A stretch of 64,000 bases of DNA from Bacteroidales bacterium (GCA_036171595.1 JAVHRJ010000602.1:136-64135), one strand, 5' to 3'; numbered from the stretch's first letter, positions 1-9,971 are shown. Numbers and translations are program-made. The notes: generated by a model not told the origin, from the sequence alone.

Positions 1-16
1 TTTTTTGCTAATATAA

Positions 17-1672
17 TCAATTTTTTAACAAGTTTTTAGCGTTTTCTAATGCTGCTTCTGTTATTTGTTTTCCGCTAAGCATTTTAGCAATTTCTGTAAC
101 TCTTTCATCTTGATTTAGTAGAGTAATACGAGTTTCAGATGTTTCTTTGTTATTTGTTTTATAAACAAGATAATGATTTTCACCCCGCGAAGCAATTTGT
201 GGTAAATGTGTAATTGCTATTACTTGAATTTTTTTCGACATTTTATGCATTATTTCGCTCATACTATATGCAATTTCTCCGCTAATACCTGTATCAATTT
301 CATCGAAAATAATTGTAGCAACTTCATTTGTGTCGGCAATTAATGATTTTATTGATAACATAAGTCTTGAAAGTTCTCCACCCGAAGCAACTTTTGAAAT
401 ATCCATTGGTTCCACATTTTTGTTTGCAGAAAAAACAAATTTCACATTATCTTTTCCTGTTGAAGTAAATTCGGAGTTTTCGGTAAGTTGAACTTTAAAA
501 TTTGCATTTAATATTCCTAAAAGTTTTAACATTGGAATAATGCTTTTTTCAATTGAAATAATTGCTTTTTTTCGATTTTCGGTAAGGCCTTTAGCTTGTA
601 TTTTTAATAATTCGTATTGCTTTTTAAGTTCTATTTCGAGTGTTTGAATTTCATTATCAATAATTTCTATAGAATTTAATTTTAATCTAAAATCATCTCT
701 AATATCTATTAACTCTTTAATAGAATTAACTTTATGTTTCTGTTCTAGGGTATAAATAGTGTCTAATTTTTCTAAAATGTTTTCTAATCGTTTGGGATTT
801 GTTTCAATTTTAGATATTGTATTTTCTATTTCAAATGCAACATCTTTTATTTCGATAAAAATATTTTCAAGTCGAACTTTCCATTCGTTTGCAGTGTGAA
901 GATTTTTTGTCAGATTATCAATAATTTGCTTAAGCTCTTTTAATTTTAAAATAATTGGATTTTCGCCTTCTTTAAGAATGTTAACAGCTAAAGATATTTG
1001 TTCAATTATTTCGCTTGAATGAGATAAAATATCTCTTTCGTCTTCCAATTCTTTAAATTCAGTTTCAATTAAATTTACACTATCGAGTTGTTTAAGTTGA
1101 AAATTAAAGTAATCGGCATCGATACTGTTTTTTTTTGCTTGCTCTTTTAAATTATTAATTTTATTTTGTATAGTGTTATAACTATTGTATAATATTTTAT
1201 ATTCATTTAGTTGTTTATTGTTTTTTGAAATTGAATCCAAAACTGAAAGTTGAAATTTTCCATTTGCTAGCAGTAAATTTTCGTGTTGGCTATGTATATC
1301 TACTAATTTTAATGCAATTTCTTTGATTACTGTTAAAGAAACAGGAGTATCATTAACAAAAGCTCTAGAATTGCCATTGGTAGCAATTTCGCGACGTAAA
1401 ATTATTGTGTCAGAAAAATCTAAATCGTGTTCATCAAAATAATGTTTGTGTATATTGTTATTTACAATAAAAACGCCTTCAATTACACATTTTTTATCTT
1501 TATTTTTAAGAAATGTAATATCGGCTCTTTGTCCCAAGATAAGAGATAATGCTCCCATAATAATTGATTTTCCTGCTCCAGTTTCGCCTGTAATAGTCGA
1601 AAAACCAGAATTAAAACCAATTTGAAGGTTGTCAATTAAAGCATAATTTTGTATGATTAATGTTTGAAGCAC
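17..1672 (-). CDS. recN: DNA repair protein RecN
   Basis: 551-aa ORF. It has an N-terminal Walker A (GETGAGKS), a long coiled-coil middle and a C-terminal SMC-type signature (ASGGELSRLMLS). Its position after coaBC and the DUF4835 gene is typical of Bacteroidota. Confidence 0.9.
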   Translation of the reverse strand: MLQTLIIQNYALIDNLQIGFNSGFSTITGETGAGKSIIMGALSLILGQRADITFLKNKDKKCVIEGVFIVNNNIHKHYFDEHDLDFSDTIILRREIATNGNSRAFVNDTPVSLTVIKEIALKLVDIHSQHENLLLANGKFQLSVLDSISKNNKQLNEYKILYNSYNTIQNKINNLKEQAKKNSIDADYFNFQLKQLDSVNLIETEFKELEDERDILSHSSEIIEQISLAVNILKEGENPIILKLKELKQIIDNLTKNLHTANEWKVRLENIFIEIKDVAFEIENTISKIETNPKRLENILEKLDTIYTLEQKHKVNSIKELIDIRDDFRLKLNSIEIIDNEIQTLEIELKKQYELLKIQAKGLTENRKKAIISIEKSIIPMLKLLGILNANFKVQLTENSEFTSTGKDNVKFVFSANKNVEPMDISKVASGGELSRLMLSIKSLIADTNEVATIIFDEIDTGISGEIAYSMSEIMHKMSKKIQVIAITHLPQIASRGENHYLVYKTNNKETSETRITLLNQDERVTEIAKMLSGKQITEAALENAKNLLKN

Positions 1673-1678
1673 AAATTA

Positions 1679-2587
1679 TTATTTGCCGTCGGTTAACATT
1701 ATTTTTTGATATTTTGAAGAATTAGCAGGGTCAATTTCTTTTAATAAATTGTTAATTCGGGTTTTTTCGTCGGGAAATGACTCTGAAAAAACATTAACGA
1801 ATTCATCTGATTTGGCATCAAAAACAACTTGCAGAAATGTCATAAATTGACTTGGTTTTTCGCGAAAAACTTTTTGTAAAAGTTTTAATGATTCTGCAAT
1901 TTGAGTTCTTCCATCAGCAGCTTTTTCGGCCATAATATCTAATCCATTTCTGTGATATAAATAGTAAAATTCACGCACAGGAGCATATTTTGGATTTAAA
2001 ATATTTTCGGTTAACCAATATCTATTACGTTGACTTTCAAACGATTTCCAACCTTTTTCTTGTGCCGTTTGTGCATTTGTTACAATTTTTTCGGCTTTTT
2101 GAAAATAAGGTGTGCCTCCATTTAACGAAAAAGAATCGTAATCGAGTCCAATAACAATGTATGCGTAATAAGCCAATAGTGATGTAAGGTTCGACATGTT
2201 TGTGTTTTCGCTAAATTCCATCGATTGAAACTCAACATATCTAAATTGAACGTCGTTATCTTTAAAATTAAAAATTACAGAATTAAAATTTGAATTAAAA
2301 ACTGGGCGGTTCGATTGTACCTGAATTGTTCCTTTAAACTCATCGGTTGAAACTTGTTCGGTTAAATTAATTAAAATGTTGCATTCAATACGTTCGTCGT
2401 TCGAAAAAACATTATCGGTCCATTTACGGTTATTTAAAAACTCGTAAATATCTTTTTGCATAGATTCGAAAATATGTTTATTCGACCCTTGAATTTGTTG
2501 TGAAACAACCTGAACTCTAAAATTTAATTCTTGTGCGATAATTAAATTTGAGATAAATAAAAAACATATTATTATGAACTTTTGCAT
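1679..2587 (-). CDS. DUF4835-family secreted protein; I recall this family being annotated as T9SS-associated PorD in some databases, but am not certain
   Basis: The ORF track gives 1679..2635. I prefer the internal Met at 2587 (MQKFIIICFLFISNLIIAQ), which gives a clean signal peptide and removes the overlap with coaBC. The body (ERIECNILINL, VQSNRPVFNS, LLAYYAYIVIGLDYDSF, GWKSFESQRNRYWL) matches my memory of DUF4835. The coaBC-DUF4835-recN order is conserved. Confidence 0.6.
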   Translation of the reverse strand: MQKFIIICFLFISNLIIAQELNFRVQVVSQQIQGSNKHIFESMQKDIYEFLNNRKWTDNVFSNDERIECNILINLTEQVSTDEFKGTIQVQSNRPVFNSNFNSVIFNFKDNDVQFRYVEFQSMEFSENTNMSNLTSLLAYYAYIVIGLDYDSFSLNGGTPYFQKAEKIVTNAQTAQEKGWKSFESQRNRYWLTENILNPKYAPVREFYYLYHRNGLDIMAEKAADGRTQIAESLKLLQKVFREKPSQFMTFLQVVFDAKSDEFVNVFSESFPDEKTRINNLLKEIDPANSSKYQKIMLTDGK

Positions 2588-2591
2588 AATT

Positions 2592-3791
2592 TTATGATAA
2601 AAGTTTATGTAACTCATCTGCAATATCCTCAGCAACTTGAGATTTATGCTTTAACTCAAAATTAATAATTTTATTGTTTTTAAAAACAAATGTAACCTTA
2701 TTTGTTTCGGTTCCAAAACCCGAGCCTTTATCGTTAAGCGAGTTAAGTACAATAAAATCTAAATTTTTGCTTTTAAGTTTAAGTTTTGCATTTTTTAATT
2801 CATCATTTGTTTCTAATGCAAAGCCGATAATTTTTTGGTTGTCTTTTTTAATTGTACCTAAATGAGCGGCTATATCTTTTGTAGGTATTAATTCAATAAC
2901 AGTATTATTTGCAGAATGTTTTATTTTTTTTTCTGAAACAAATTTAGGTGTGTAATCGGCTACTGCAGCTGCAAGTATTGCTGCATCGCATTTAGAGAAA
3001 TATTTTGTTGTTTCTTTAAACATTTCGTTTGCTGTAACAACGTTCACTAATTTAATGCTACTATTAATATTTTGATTTGTAACTTGTCCAGAAATTAAAA
3101 TTACTTCTGCACCTTGTTCAGCTAAGCAGTTTGCAATAGCATATCCCATTTTTCCCGAAGAATGATTGCTTATAAAACGTACTGGGTCTATTGCTTCTAC
3201 TGTAGGACCAGCAGTTATAAGTATGCGTTTAGATTTTAGTTTTTTTTTTAAATTAAATATTTTTATTACTTGCAAAACAATGTTTTCTGGCTCTTCCATT
3301 CTGCCTTTTCCATCTAATCCACTTGCAAGCTCACCAGTTGTAGGTTCAATAATTATATTTCCAAACGACCTTAAAATATTTAAATTATTTTGTGTCGATT
3401 TATGTGCAAACATATCTAAATCCATAGCAGGAGCAATAATTACTTTACATTTTGCCGATAAATATGATGTTAGTAAAAGATTATCACAAATGCCGTTTGC
3501 CATTTTAGCTATAGTGTTTGCCGAAGCTGGGGCAATTAACATTAAATCGGCCCAAACTCCAATTTCAACATGACTGTTCCAATTGCCTTTATTGTTAAAA
3601 AAATCGCAAAGTACTTCGTTTTTTGATAATGTTGATAATGTAAGTGGAGTTATAAATTCTTTTGCTGAAGCTGTCATAACAACCCTAACTTCAGCACCTT
3701 CTTTAACTAAAAGACGAATAATTTGTGCTGTTTTATAAGCAGCAATACTTCCCGAAACACCAATAACAATATGTTTCCCTTGAAGTTGCAT
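2592..3791 (-). CDS. coaBC: Bifunctional phosphopantothenoylcysteine decarboxylase / phosphopantothenate-cysteine ligase
   Basis: 399 aa. N-terminal flavoprotein domain (IVIGVSGSIAAYK) and C-terminal ligase domain (GPTVEAIDPVRFISNHSSGKMG). Confidence 0.9.
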   Translation of the reverse strand: MQLQGKHIVIGVSGSIAAYKTAQIIRLLVKEGAEVRVVMTASAKEFITPLTLSTLSKNEVLCDFFNNKGNWNSHVEIGVWADLMLIAPASANTIAKMANGICDNLLLTSYLSAKCKVIIAPAMDLDMFAHKSTQNNLNILRSFGNIIIEPTTGELASGLDGKGRMEEPENIVLQVIKIFNLKKKLKSKRILITAGPTVEAIDPVRFISNHSSGKMGYAIANCLAEQGAEVILISGQVTNQNINSSIKLVNVVTANEMFKETTKYFSKCDAAILAAAVADYTPKFVSEKKIKHSANNTVIELIPTKDIAAHLGTIKKDNQKIIGFALETNDELKNAKLKLKSKNLDFIVLNSLNDKGSGFGTETNKVTFVFKNNKIINFELKHKSQVAEDIADELHKLLS

Positions 3792-4132
3792 TATTTCATG
3801 TCAGAAGTTTTATCAGAATATTCGGGTAGATGAAAACTTAATTTTCCTTCGATAAATTCTTGAAGAGCTACTGATGATGGTTTTGGAAGTTTTTCGTAAA
3901 AACGCGAAATTTCTATTTGTTCTCTGTTTTCAAAAACTTCTTCTAAATTATCGGTAAATGATGCAAATTCTTCAAGTTTTTTATTAAGTTCGTCTTTAAT
4001 TTCAAGTGAAATTTGGTTAGATCGTTTTGCAACAATAATAACAGATTTATAAATATTACCCGTTTCTGCTTCTATTTTATTTAAATCTCTAGTAATAGTT
4101 GTAACTGATGCATTTAATTTTTTGTAATCCAT
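3791..4132 (-). CDS. rpoZ: DNA-directed RNA polymerase subunit omega (Bacteroidota long form)
   Basis: 113 aa. It has an omega-like core (IYKSVIIVAKRSNQIS) and sits between bamD and coaBC, as in other Bacteroidota. Its stop overlaps the coaBC start by 1 nt. Confidence 0.65.
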   Translation of the reverse strand: MDYKKLNASVTTITRDLNKIEAETGNIYKSVIIVAKRSNQISLEIKDELNKKLEEFASFTDNLEEVFENREQIEISRFYEKLPKPSSVALQEFIEGKLSFHLPEYSDKTSDMK

Positions 4133-4143
4133 ATATTTGAAAT

Positions 4144-4941
4144 TTAGTTTTTTAATTTATTTGTTGAAGCATCAAAAATCTTTTTAGCTTCTTTAAGGTA
4201 TTCTGTATTAGGGAATTCTGAAGTTAATGCGTAGTACTCATCAACGGTGTTTTGATATCTTTCTGCTTTTTTTGCAAATATACTATTTTCAGCAAGTAAA
4301 TAAGTCGATTTTAATGTTAAATATAAAATTTCTTCCCTGAATTGTGTGTCGGGATAATCGTTTAATCCGTTTTTAAGAGCTACAATAGCTGCCTTATAAT
4401 CGCCAATTTCAAAGTATAACTTTGCTGAGCGAAATGATTTAATTTCAAGTTTATCACGTAAATCGTCAACAATTTTATTGCATTCTGCTAATCGGGTACT
4501 TTTAGGATATTTATTCAAAAACATTTGCATTTCCTCAATTGCTTTATAAGTATAGGCTTGATCTAAACTAGGTTCGGGCGAGTTTAAAAAACTACAATAT
4601 GCCGACATGTAATCACATTCTTCGCGATGAACGCTCAAAGGATAACGTTCCGAAAAATTTTTAAAATAATATCCGCCTAAAATATTATCTCCTTGATTAT
4701 AATAGCAATACGCCATAAAATATTGTATTTTCTCAGCTTTTTCAGAACCTTTATAAATATTTTCTAATTCTTCAAATAAACCTATGGCACGATAATAATC
4801 CTTTTTTTCGTAATACTCAACGCCTTTATCGTATTTTAAGGCATAATCAGAACTTTTTAAGTATTTTTGGTACTTGCTACATGAGCCCAAAATAACTGAA
4901 AACGAGATAAATACGAATAATATATTTTTATTGGAAAACAT
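4144..4941 (-). CDS. bamD: Outer membrane protein assembly factor BamD (TPR lipoprotein)
   Basis: 265 aa. Lipoprotein signal (VILGSCSK) followed by TPR-like repeats (YYRAIGLFEEL, YKAAIVALKNGL). Synteny with rpoZ and coaBC supports the call. Confidence 0.75.
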   Translation of the reverse strand: MFSNKNILFVFISFSVILGSCSKYQKYLKSSDYALKYDKGVEYYEKKDYYRAIGLFEELENIYKGSEKAEKIQYFMAYCYYNQGDNILGGYYFKNFSERYPLSVHREECDYMSAYCSFLNSPEPSLDQAYTYKAIEEMQMFLNKYPKSTRLAECNKIVDDLRDKLEIKSFRSAKLYFEIGDYKAAIVALKNGLNDYPDTQFREEILYLTLKSTYLLAENSIFAKKAERYQNTVDEYYALTSEFPNTEYLKEAKKIFDASTNKLKN

Positions 4942-5201
4942 TCGGCGAAGGTAATAAAAATTTATTAATTTTTTTAATTAGTAGGAATAAATTTAACCTT
5001 AATAGTATAGAAATTAAGATATAGGGGAGTTCTAATAATTAAAAAAATAATTTAAGAACAAGGAACATCGATTTTAGATTACTGATTTTTAGGTGTTTCT
5101 AAAATAAAAAATCGTTAATCAATATTCATTATTCAAAAAAATGAATTTTTAGAACCCACCCATAGTATGTGTTTTAGTATTTGTTAAAAAATGTTTTATT
5201 T

Positions 5202-6380
5202 TTATTTACAATCGTTTTCTTTCATGAATTTTTTATAAGTAGTTTTTTTATTTTCAGTCCAATGATATTCTCCTAACATCTGTTCAATAAGCCATTTAGG
5301 GATAATTTTTTCTAAGGTTCGAAGTAAAACTATATCGTATTTTCTATGAAAATTAATCCAACAGGCATTACATTCGTTAATATGTTGTTTATGAATTTTA
5401 TGTGTAGCTATTGAGTTAAAAATGCTGTCTAAACTTTCGGTATTAACGTTTCCTAATTTTAAATCAAGATTTTGACAAATTGGGACATTCCCATCTGGGT
5501 GAATAACAATGCTATCGATAATGCTGCGACATTTAAGATTTAATTTATTTTTTCGCCATTCGTCGTAAAGCAATAAAAAATCGTAATTTTCGGAGGTTTC
5601 TAAAACATTTTTAGGAATGTTTTTCTTGTATTCAGTAAAATCTTGTTTTGGTTTTTCAATAACATTGCTAATCGTATTTGACTCTTGTTTTGCATTTTTA
5701 ACATCGCTAAATGTTAATTTGGTTGTGTTTTTAGATGAGCCAATTTTTGTTTCGTGGGCTTTATCCATTGTATCAAAAAATGCAATATCACCGTATATTC
5801 CAATTCTTATATCAATATTGTTTTTCTTTGCTATCTCAATAACATGTTCCATGTCTTCAAAATTATTGTATGGCGATAAAGTAAACATTAACGAAATTGG
5901 AACTATATTTTTACATTCATTAATAACTCTTAAAACATTATCGTATCCATCTTTTCCCCTCATATATTGATAGGTTTCTTTTGTGCCATCTAATGAAATA
6001 AACAATCTTTGAGGAGGATATTTTTTAACAGCTTCAATTAAATTCTCTGGTTTTAAACAATTTGATAACAAATCGTAATTAGGATGATTTTTAGTAAACC
6101 ATTCTAAAATTTGCATAGCTTCGGGGTGTAATAAAAACTCACCGCCTTCGAATCCAACGCGAGTGTTTTTGTTTACACATTTGCTATTCATTATTTCAAG
6201 AATTTTTGACATTGGCAAATGTACTATTGGTCGTTTTGCCCAAATTAAACAATGTTTACAGCCCGAATCGCATAAGTCGGTAGCATATAACATTAGAGTT
6301 GAAATTACTTTATGTTTAGGGCGTATAGTGTTATTAACAAATCGCAAACCTCTTTTAATATAATCTAATTTTCCGTACAT
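5202..6380 (-). CDS. Radical SAM enzyme with a SPASM/twitch-like C-terminal Cys region; substrate unknown
   Basis: 392 aa. It carries a CxxxCxxC cluster motif (CDSGCKHC), a GGE motif (GFEGGEFLLHPE) and a C-terminal region of the SPASM/twitch type (C-x..HPDGNVPICQN..LGNV..C-x2-C-W). A Lys-rich linker separates the two parts. Confidence 0.75.
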   Translation of the reverse strand: MYGKLDYIKRGLRFVNNTIRPKHKVISTLMLYATDLCDSGCKHCLIWAKRPIVHLPMSKILEIMNSKCVNKNTRVGFEGGEFLLHPEAMQILEWFTKNHPNYDLLSNCLKPENLIEAVKKYPPQRLFISLDGTKETYQYMRGKDGYDNVLRVINECKNIVPISLMFTLSPYNNFEDMEHVIEIAKKNNIDIRIGIYGDIAFFDTMDKAHETKIGSSKNTTKLTFSDVKNAKQESNTISNVIEKPKQDFTEYKKNIPKNVLETSENYDFLLLYDEWRKNKLNLKCRSIIDSIVIHPDGNVPICQNLDLKLGNVNTESLDSIFNSIATHKIHKQHINECNACWINFHRKYDIVLLRTLEKIIPKWLIEQMLGEYHWTENKKTTYKKFMKENDCK

Positions 6381-7405
6381 TATTTAATTTGTTTTAAGTT
6401 TGAAATTAATTTATAGGTTAATTTCAAATCATTTAAAGTAGTAATATTTTTGGCTTTAATGTTTTCGCAAAGGTTAATAAAGTTTTTTATTTCGTCAAAA
6501 TAACCCGATGTAAATAATTGATTATTTTCAAATATTGGATTAAAATTATTTCTGTTGAATAATACTTGATTTATTTCGTTGCTTTTCTTTATTTTTTCAA
6601 TTGGAATAGATAAAATATTTCCAGCTTTCTTTTCGAAAGTGAGCAGTTCCATATTTTCCATTTTATATATTCCTGACGATGTATTAACAATTAATTTTTC
6701 TTCTGCGTTTTTCCAAGTATAATGGGTTGATAATTCAATGCTACCAATAAATTCATTATGAGTTAAATGTATAAAATAACTGTCGTTTTTAGAAATTTGA
6801 ACTGATGCAATTTTAAAATCACCAAAAAGATAAGTAATTAAATCTAATGGGTGAATAAAAATATCTAAAATGCTGTCTCCTTCGGGATATGGACCTGTAA
6901 CAAATCTATAATTATATGATAAAATATTATTTGATAAATTTTTCTTTAAAGCAGTTAAAGTTGGCGAATATCTTTTTTGCATACCAACCATACAAATTCC
7001 TTCACTTTTATTTTCAATTACAATTAATTCATTTAACTCTTGTTCGTTAGAGCATGGTGGTTTTTCAATAAAAACATTTTTATTATGCTCTAAAGCTTTT
7101 TTTACTAAAGAAAAATGACTTTTTGGATCGGCGCAAATAAGAACACCATTAATTTCGTTATCAGTTAATACTTTTTCGAAATCGGTTGTGCCAACAATGC
7201 CTTCAAAATTGTTATCGATTAAGGTTGCATTTTTGCTACTGTTTACAACAATGTATTTTAAGGGGACTCTTAAATAACTTAAAACAGGATATAAATTATT
7301 TATGCTATGATTACCAATTCCAACAAATGCATATTTGTTTTTATATTTAAGTTTCAAATAATTTTGCTTTCTGTAATTCTTTAAAATTTTAATAATCTTA
7401 TCCAT
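6380..7405 (-). CDS. Gfo/Idh/MocA-family NAD(P)-dependent oxidoreductase
   Basis: 341 aa. Rossmann start (YAFVGIGNHSINNLYP) and an EKP motif (VFIEKPPC). Its stop overlaps the radical SAM start by 1 nt, suggesting translational coupling. Confidence 0.75.
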   Translation of the reverse strand: MDKIIKILKNYRKQNYLKLKYKNKYAFVGIGNHSINNLYPVLSYLRVPLKYIVVNSSKNATLIDNNFEGIVGTTDFEKVLTDNEINGVLICADPKSHFSLVKKALEHNKNVFIEKPPCSNEQELNELIVIENKSEGICMVGMQKRYSPTLTALKKNLSNNILSYNYRFVTGPYPEGDSILDIFIHPLDLITYLFGDFKIASVQISKNDSYFIHLTHNEFIGSIELSTHYTWKNAEEKLIVNTSSGIYKMENMELLTFEKKAGNILSIPIEKIKKSNEINQVLFNRNNFNPIFENNQLFTSGYFDEIKNFINLCENIKAKNITTLNDLKLTYKLISNLKQIK

Positions 7406-7450
7406 GCCAGTTGTTTTTTATTAATGAATTTTAGCTTTTTTCAGACAAAT

Positions 7451-7458
7451 CAAAAATA
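7451..7458 (-). promoter_or_regulatory. Candidate -7 box for the oxidoreductase/radical-SAM operon
   Basis: caaaaata on the plus strand equals TAttTTTG on the minus strand. It lies 46 nt upstream of the start at 7405. Confidence 0.3.
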
Positions 7459-7548
7459 GATATTTTAATTTATTTTAAAAACTAAAATATCGATATGTAA
7501 AGTTATTCATATTGACAGAAATCATATTGTAAAAACTAGTTTAAAAAC

Positions 7549-7556
7549 TATATTTG
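7549..7556 (+). promoter_or_regulatory. Candidate Bacteroidota -7 promoter box (TAnnTTTG) for the AOR gene
   Basis: tatatttg, 22 nt upstream of the ATG at 7579. Confidence 0.4.
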
Positions 7557-7578
7557 TAAAAAAACAAAATTGTATATT

Positions 7579-9732
7579 ATGAACTTACAAGAAATTAAAT
7601 TAGCTCACAAGCAATTAAAAGAATTTAACTATAATGTTACAAAGATAAACAAAGGATATACAGATAAAGTTCTTTATGTTAATCTTTCCGAAAACGATAT
7701 TAAGTCTAAAGATGTGCCACCATCAATGAAAGAGAAGTTTACTGGTGGAAAAGGATACGGTTTAAGATTACTTTGGGATGCAACAAAGCCAAATACAAAA
7801 TGGAACGATCCGGAGAATGAAATAATAATAAATACTGGTCCTATTTGTGGAATTACACAATATTCTGGAACCGGAAAATCATTGGTAGTTAGTATATCTC
7901 CGCAAACCGATATTGTAATTGATAGTAATGTTGGTGGTTATTTTGGTCCATTTCTAAAATTTTCTGGTTTCGACTCTCTTGAAGTTCAAGGCAAAGCAAA
8001 AAATGATGTAATAATTTTTATTGATGGAGTTAATGGAAAGGTTGAGATTTTTGAAGCTCCACTAGAAGCTATTGATAGCCATATATTGGCCGAACAGCTT
8101 CACGAAATGTTTGCCAATGATGAAAAAGACATGAAAAACATTTCAGTTGTTTCGGCTGGTTCAGCAGCAGAACATTCTTTAATAGGGATGTTAAATTTTA
8201 CTTTTTATGATATAAAACGCAAAAAAGTAAGGTTAAAGCAAGCTGGTCGTGGAGGTATTGGCACAGTTTTAAGAGATAAAAAAATTAAAGCTATTGTTTG
8301 CAAAGTGCCAGGTGTTTCGGGAAACTTAAATAACGTTGTTGATCTTGAAGCTATTATGGAGCGCGGTAAACGTTTTAATAAAGAAATGCGCGAATTAGAC
8401 GACAAACAATGTCAAATGCGTAAAATTGGAACAGCACATCTTACGCATATAATGAATGATTACGATTTATTTCCAACACATAATTTTAAATTCGGAAGTC
8501 ATAAAAATGCAATAAATGTGCATGCTAATGTGTACAAAGAGCGTTTTACTCAAAATGTGCCTGATGGTTGTTGGATTGGTTGTAATATGTCTTGTGCAAA
8601 GGGAGTCGATAATTACAAACTTCGCACTGGACCATACAAAGATTCTGTTGTAATTGTTGACGGCCCAGAATATGAAACAGCAGCATCATTAGGCTCGTGC
8701 GCAGGAATTTTCGATCCTGATTTTACTATTGAAGCTAATTTTTATTGCGATACTTATGGCATTTGCACAATTAGCTGGGGAACAATACTTGGTTTTATTA
8801 TGGAATGTTATGAAAACGGAATATTGAATGATGAAAGAACAGGTGGATTAAAAATGAATTTTGGTAGTTCCGAAAATGCCATGATATTGTTACATCAATG
8901 TGCAAAAGGTGAGGGTTTTGGTAAAATTGCTGGAATGGGCGTTCGTTGGATGAAAAATTATTTTACTGAAAAAGGTTGGGGTGACAAGCAATTTTTGCAA
9001 GATATTGGAATGGAAAACAAAGGATTAGAGTATTCACAATACGTTTCTAAAGAATCTTTAGCTCAACAGGGTGGCTATGCTATGACAAACAAAGGGCCTC
9101 AACACGATGAAGCATGGCTAATTTTTATGGACATGGTTAATAATCAAATACCAACTTTTGAAAACAAAGCCGAAGCACTTTATTATTTCCCAATGTTTAG
9201 AACATGGTTTGGATTACAAGGATTATGTAAATTACCATGGAATGATGTTGAACCAGAAAATAACCATGAACAAAAGGAGCCAGCAAAAGTTCCTGAGCAT
9301 GTTGAGAATTATATAACAATATACAAAGCAGTTACTGGTTTAGAATTAGATAATGATTCTCTAATAAAACAATCAGAAAGAGTATATCAATTTCAACGAA
9401 TATTTAGTATTCGTCGTGGATATGGATTACGTAAACAAGATGCACAGCCATATCGTGCTGCTGGGCCAGTTACCGAGGAGGAGTACGAATCGAGAGCAGA
9501 GCGTTATGATAAACAAATGAAAGAAAAAATTGGTATCGATCCTCAAGGAAAATCAACTAAAGAAAAAGTTGCGATTACACGTAAATATCGCGAAGAACAA
9601 TATGAAAAACTTTTAGATGCAGTTTATTTTCGTAGAGGTTGGAATAAAAACGGAGTTCCAACAATAGAACGTTTAAAATCATTAGGTATGGATTTGCCAG
9701 AAGTTTTGGAAGTAGTTACACCGTTGCAGTAA
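7579..9732 (+). CDS. Aldehyde:ferredoxin oxidoreductase (AOR) family tungsto/molybdopterin enzyme, long form
   Basis: The AOR N-terminal domain pattern is present (KVLYVNLSE...KFTGGKGYGLRLLW). It also has a Cys cluster (DGCWIGCNMSCAKG) and the GPEYETAASLGS and KGPQHDEAW motifs. I prefer the ATG at 7579 to the TTG at 7570 in the track. A TAnnTTTG box lies 22 nt upstream. Confidence 0.85.
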   Translation: MNLQEIKLAHKQLKEFNYNVTKINKGYTDKVLYVNLSENDIKSKDVPPSMKEKFTGGKGYGLRLLWDATKPNTKWNDPENEIIINTGPICGITQYSGTGKSLVVSISPQTDIVIDSNVGGYFGPFLKFSGFDSLEVQGKAKNDVIIFIDGVNGKVEIFEAPLEAIDSHILAEQLHEMFANDEKDMKNISVVSAGSAAEHSLIGMLNFTFYDIKRKKVRLKQAGRGGIGTVLRDKKIKAIVCKVPGVSGNLNNVVDLEAIMERGKRFNKEMRELDDKQCQMRKIGTAHLTHIMNDYDLFPTHNFKFGSHKNAINVHANVYKERFTQNVPDGCWIGCNMSCAKGVDNYKLRTGPYKDSVVIVDGPEYETAASLGSCAGIFDPDFTIEANFYCDTYGICTISWGTILGFIMECYENGILNDERTGGLKMNFGSSENAMILLHQCAKGEGFGKIAGMGVRWMKNYFTEKGWGDKQFLQDIGMENKGLEYSQYVSKESLAQQGGYAMTNKGPQHDEAWLIFMDMVNNQIPTFENKAEALYYFPMFRTWFGLQGLCKLPWNDVEPENNHEQKEPAKVPEHVENYITIYKAVTGLELDNDSLIKQSERVYQFQRIFSIRRGYGLRKQDAQPYRAAGPVTEEEYESRAERYDKQMKEKIGIDPQGKSTKEKVAITRKYREEQYEKLLDAVYFRRGWNKNGVPTIERLKSLGMDLPEVLEVVTPLQ

Positions 9733-9753
9733 CCTAATTAATCAACATATAAC

Positions 9754-9784
9754 AAATAGCCATACAAAACTTGTATGGCTATTT
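9754..9784 (+). terminator. Rho-independent terminator of the AOR gene
   Basis: 14-bp perfect stem aaatagccatacaa / ttgtatggctattt with loop aac, followed by a T-rich run. Confidence 0.75.
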
Positions 9785-9804
9785 TATTTTACACAATCAC
9801 ATTG

Positions 9805-9865
9805 TTTCGTGTCCTCACGAAACAAATTAATGTAATAAAAGGTTCGTGATACACGAATCTTGGAA
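9805..9865. repeat. Palindrome-containing ~62-nt repeat unit, copy A (upstream of the TA cassette)
   Basis: The sequence is tttcgtgtcctcacgaaacaaattaatgtaataaaaggttcgtgatacacgaatcttgg. It contains two hairpins built on TTCGTG/CACGAA (9804-9823 and 9841-9859). By eye it is about 80% identical to 10535-10597. Confidence 0.7.
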
Positions 9866-9971
9866 GAAAAATTACAACATTTCATACCCTTTCATGAAAA
9901 AGCTTTAAATTGCAAAATTATATCAAAAGTAGTAATCAAATAAATTTTTTGAAATTTTGCCATTTATTCAT

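Noticed and set aside
2674-3573. ORFs 2674..2865 (+) and 3166..3573 (+) in the six-frame track
   Set aside because: They lie entirely antisense to the well-supported coaBC gene. Their products are low-complexity and hydrophobic, typical of shadow frames. The same reasoning rejects these other embedded antisense or alternate-frame ORFs in the track: 5617..5970, 6163..6363, 8205..8405, 11161..11358, 13891..14091, 14228..14515, 14927..16333 (four ORFs), 20413..20604, 21233..21436, 24054..24664, 27999..28187, 30580..31040, 31895..32095, 34850..35041, 39750..40028, 42485..42715, 44323..45165, 45965..46595, 52471..52710, 53788..54033, 56327..56570, 58674..58877, 59306..59614, 62141..62323 and 63510..63740.
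7570-7578. Upstream non-ATG starts given by the track: TTG 7570 for AOR, TTG 9977 for the antitoxin, GTG 52116 for SOD, and Met at 2635 for the DUF4835 gene
   Set aside because: Downstream ATG codons give a better spacing to TAnnTTTG boxes. The start at 9977 lies inside the box itself. In the DUF4835 gene the downstream start removes the overlap with coaBC and yields a proper signal peptide.
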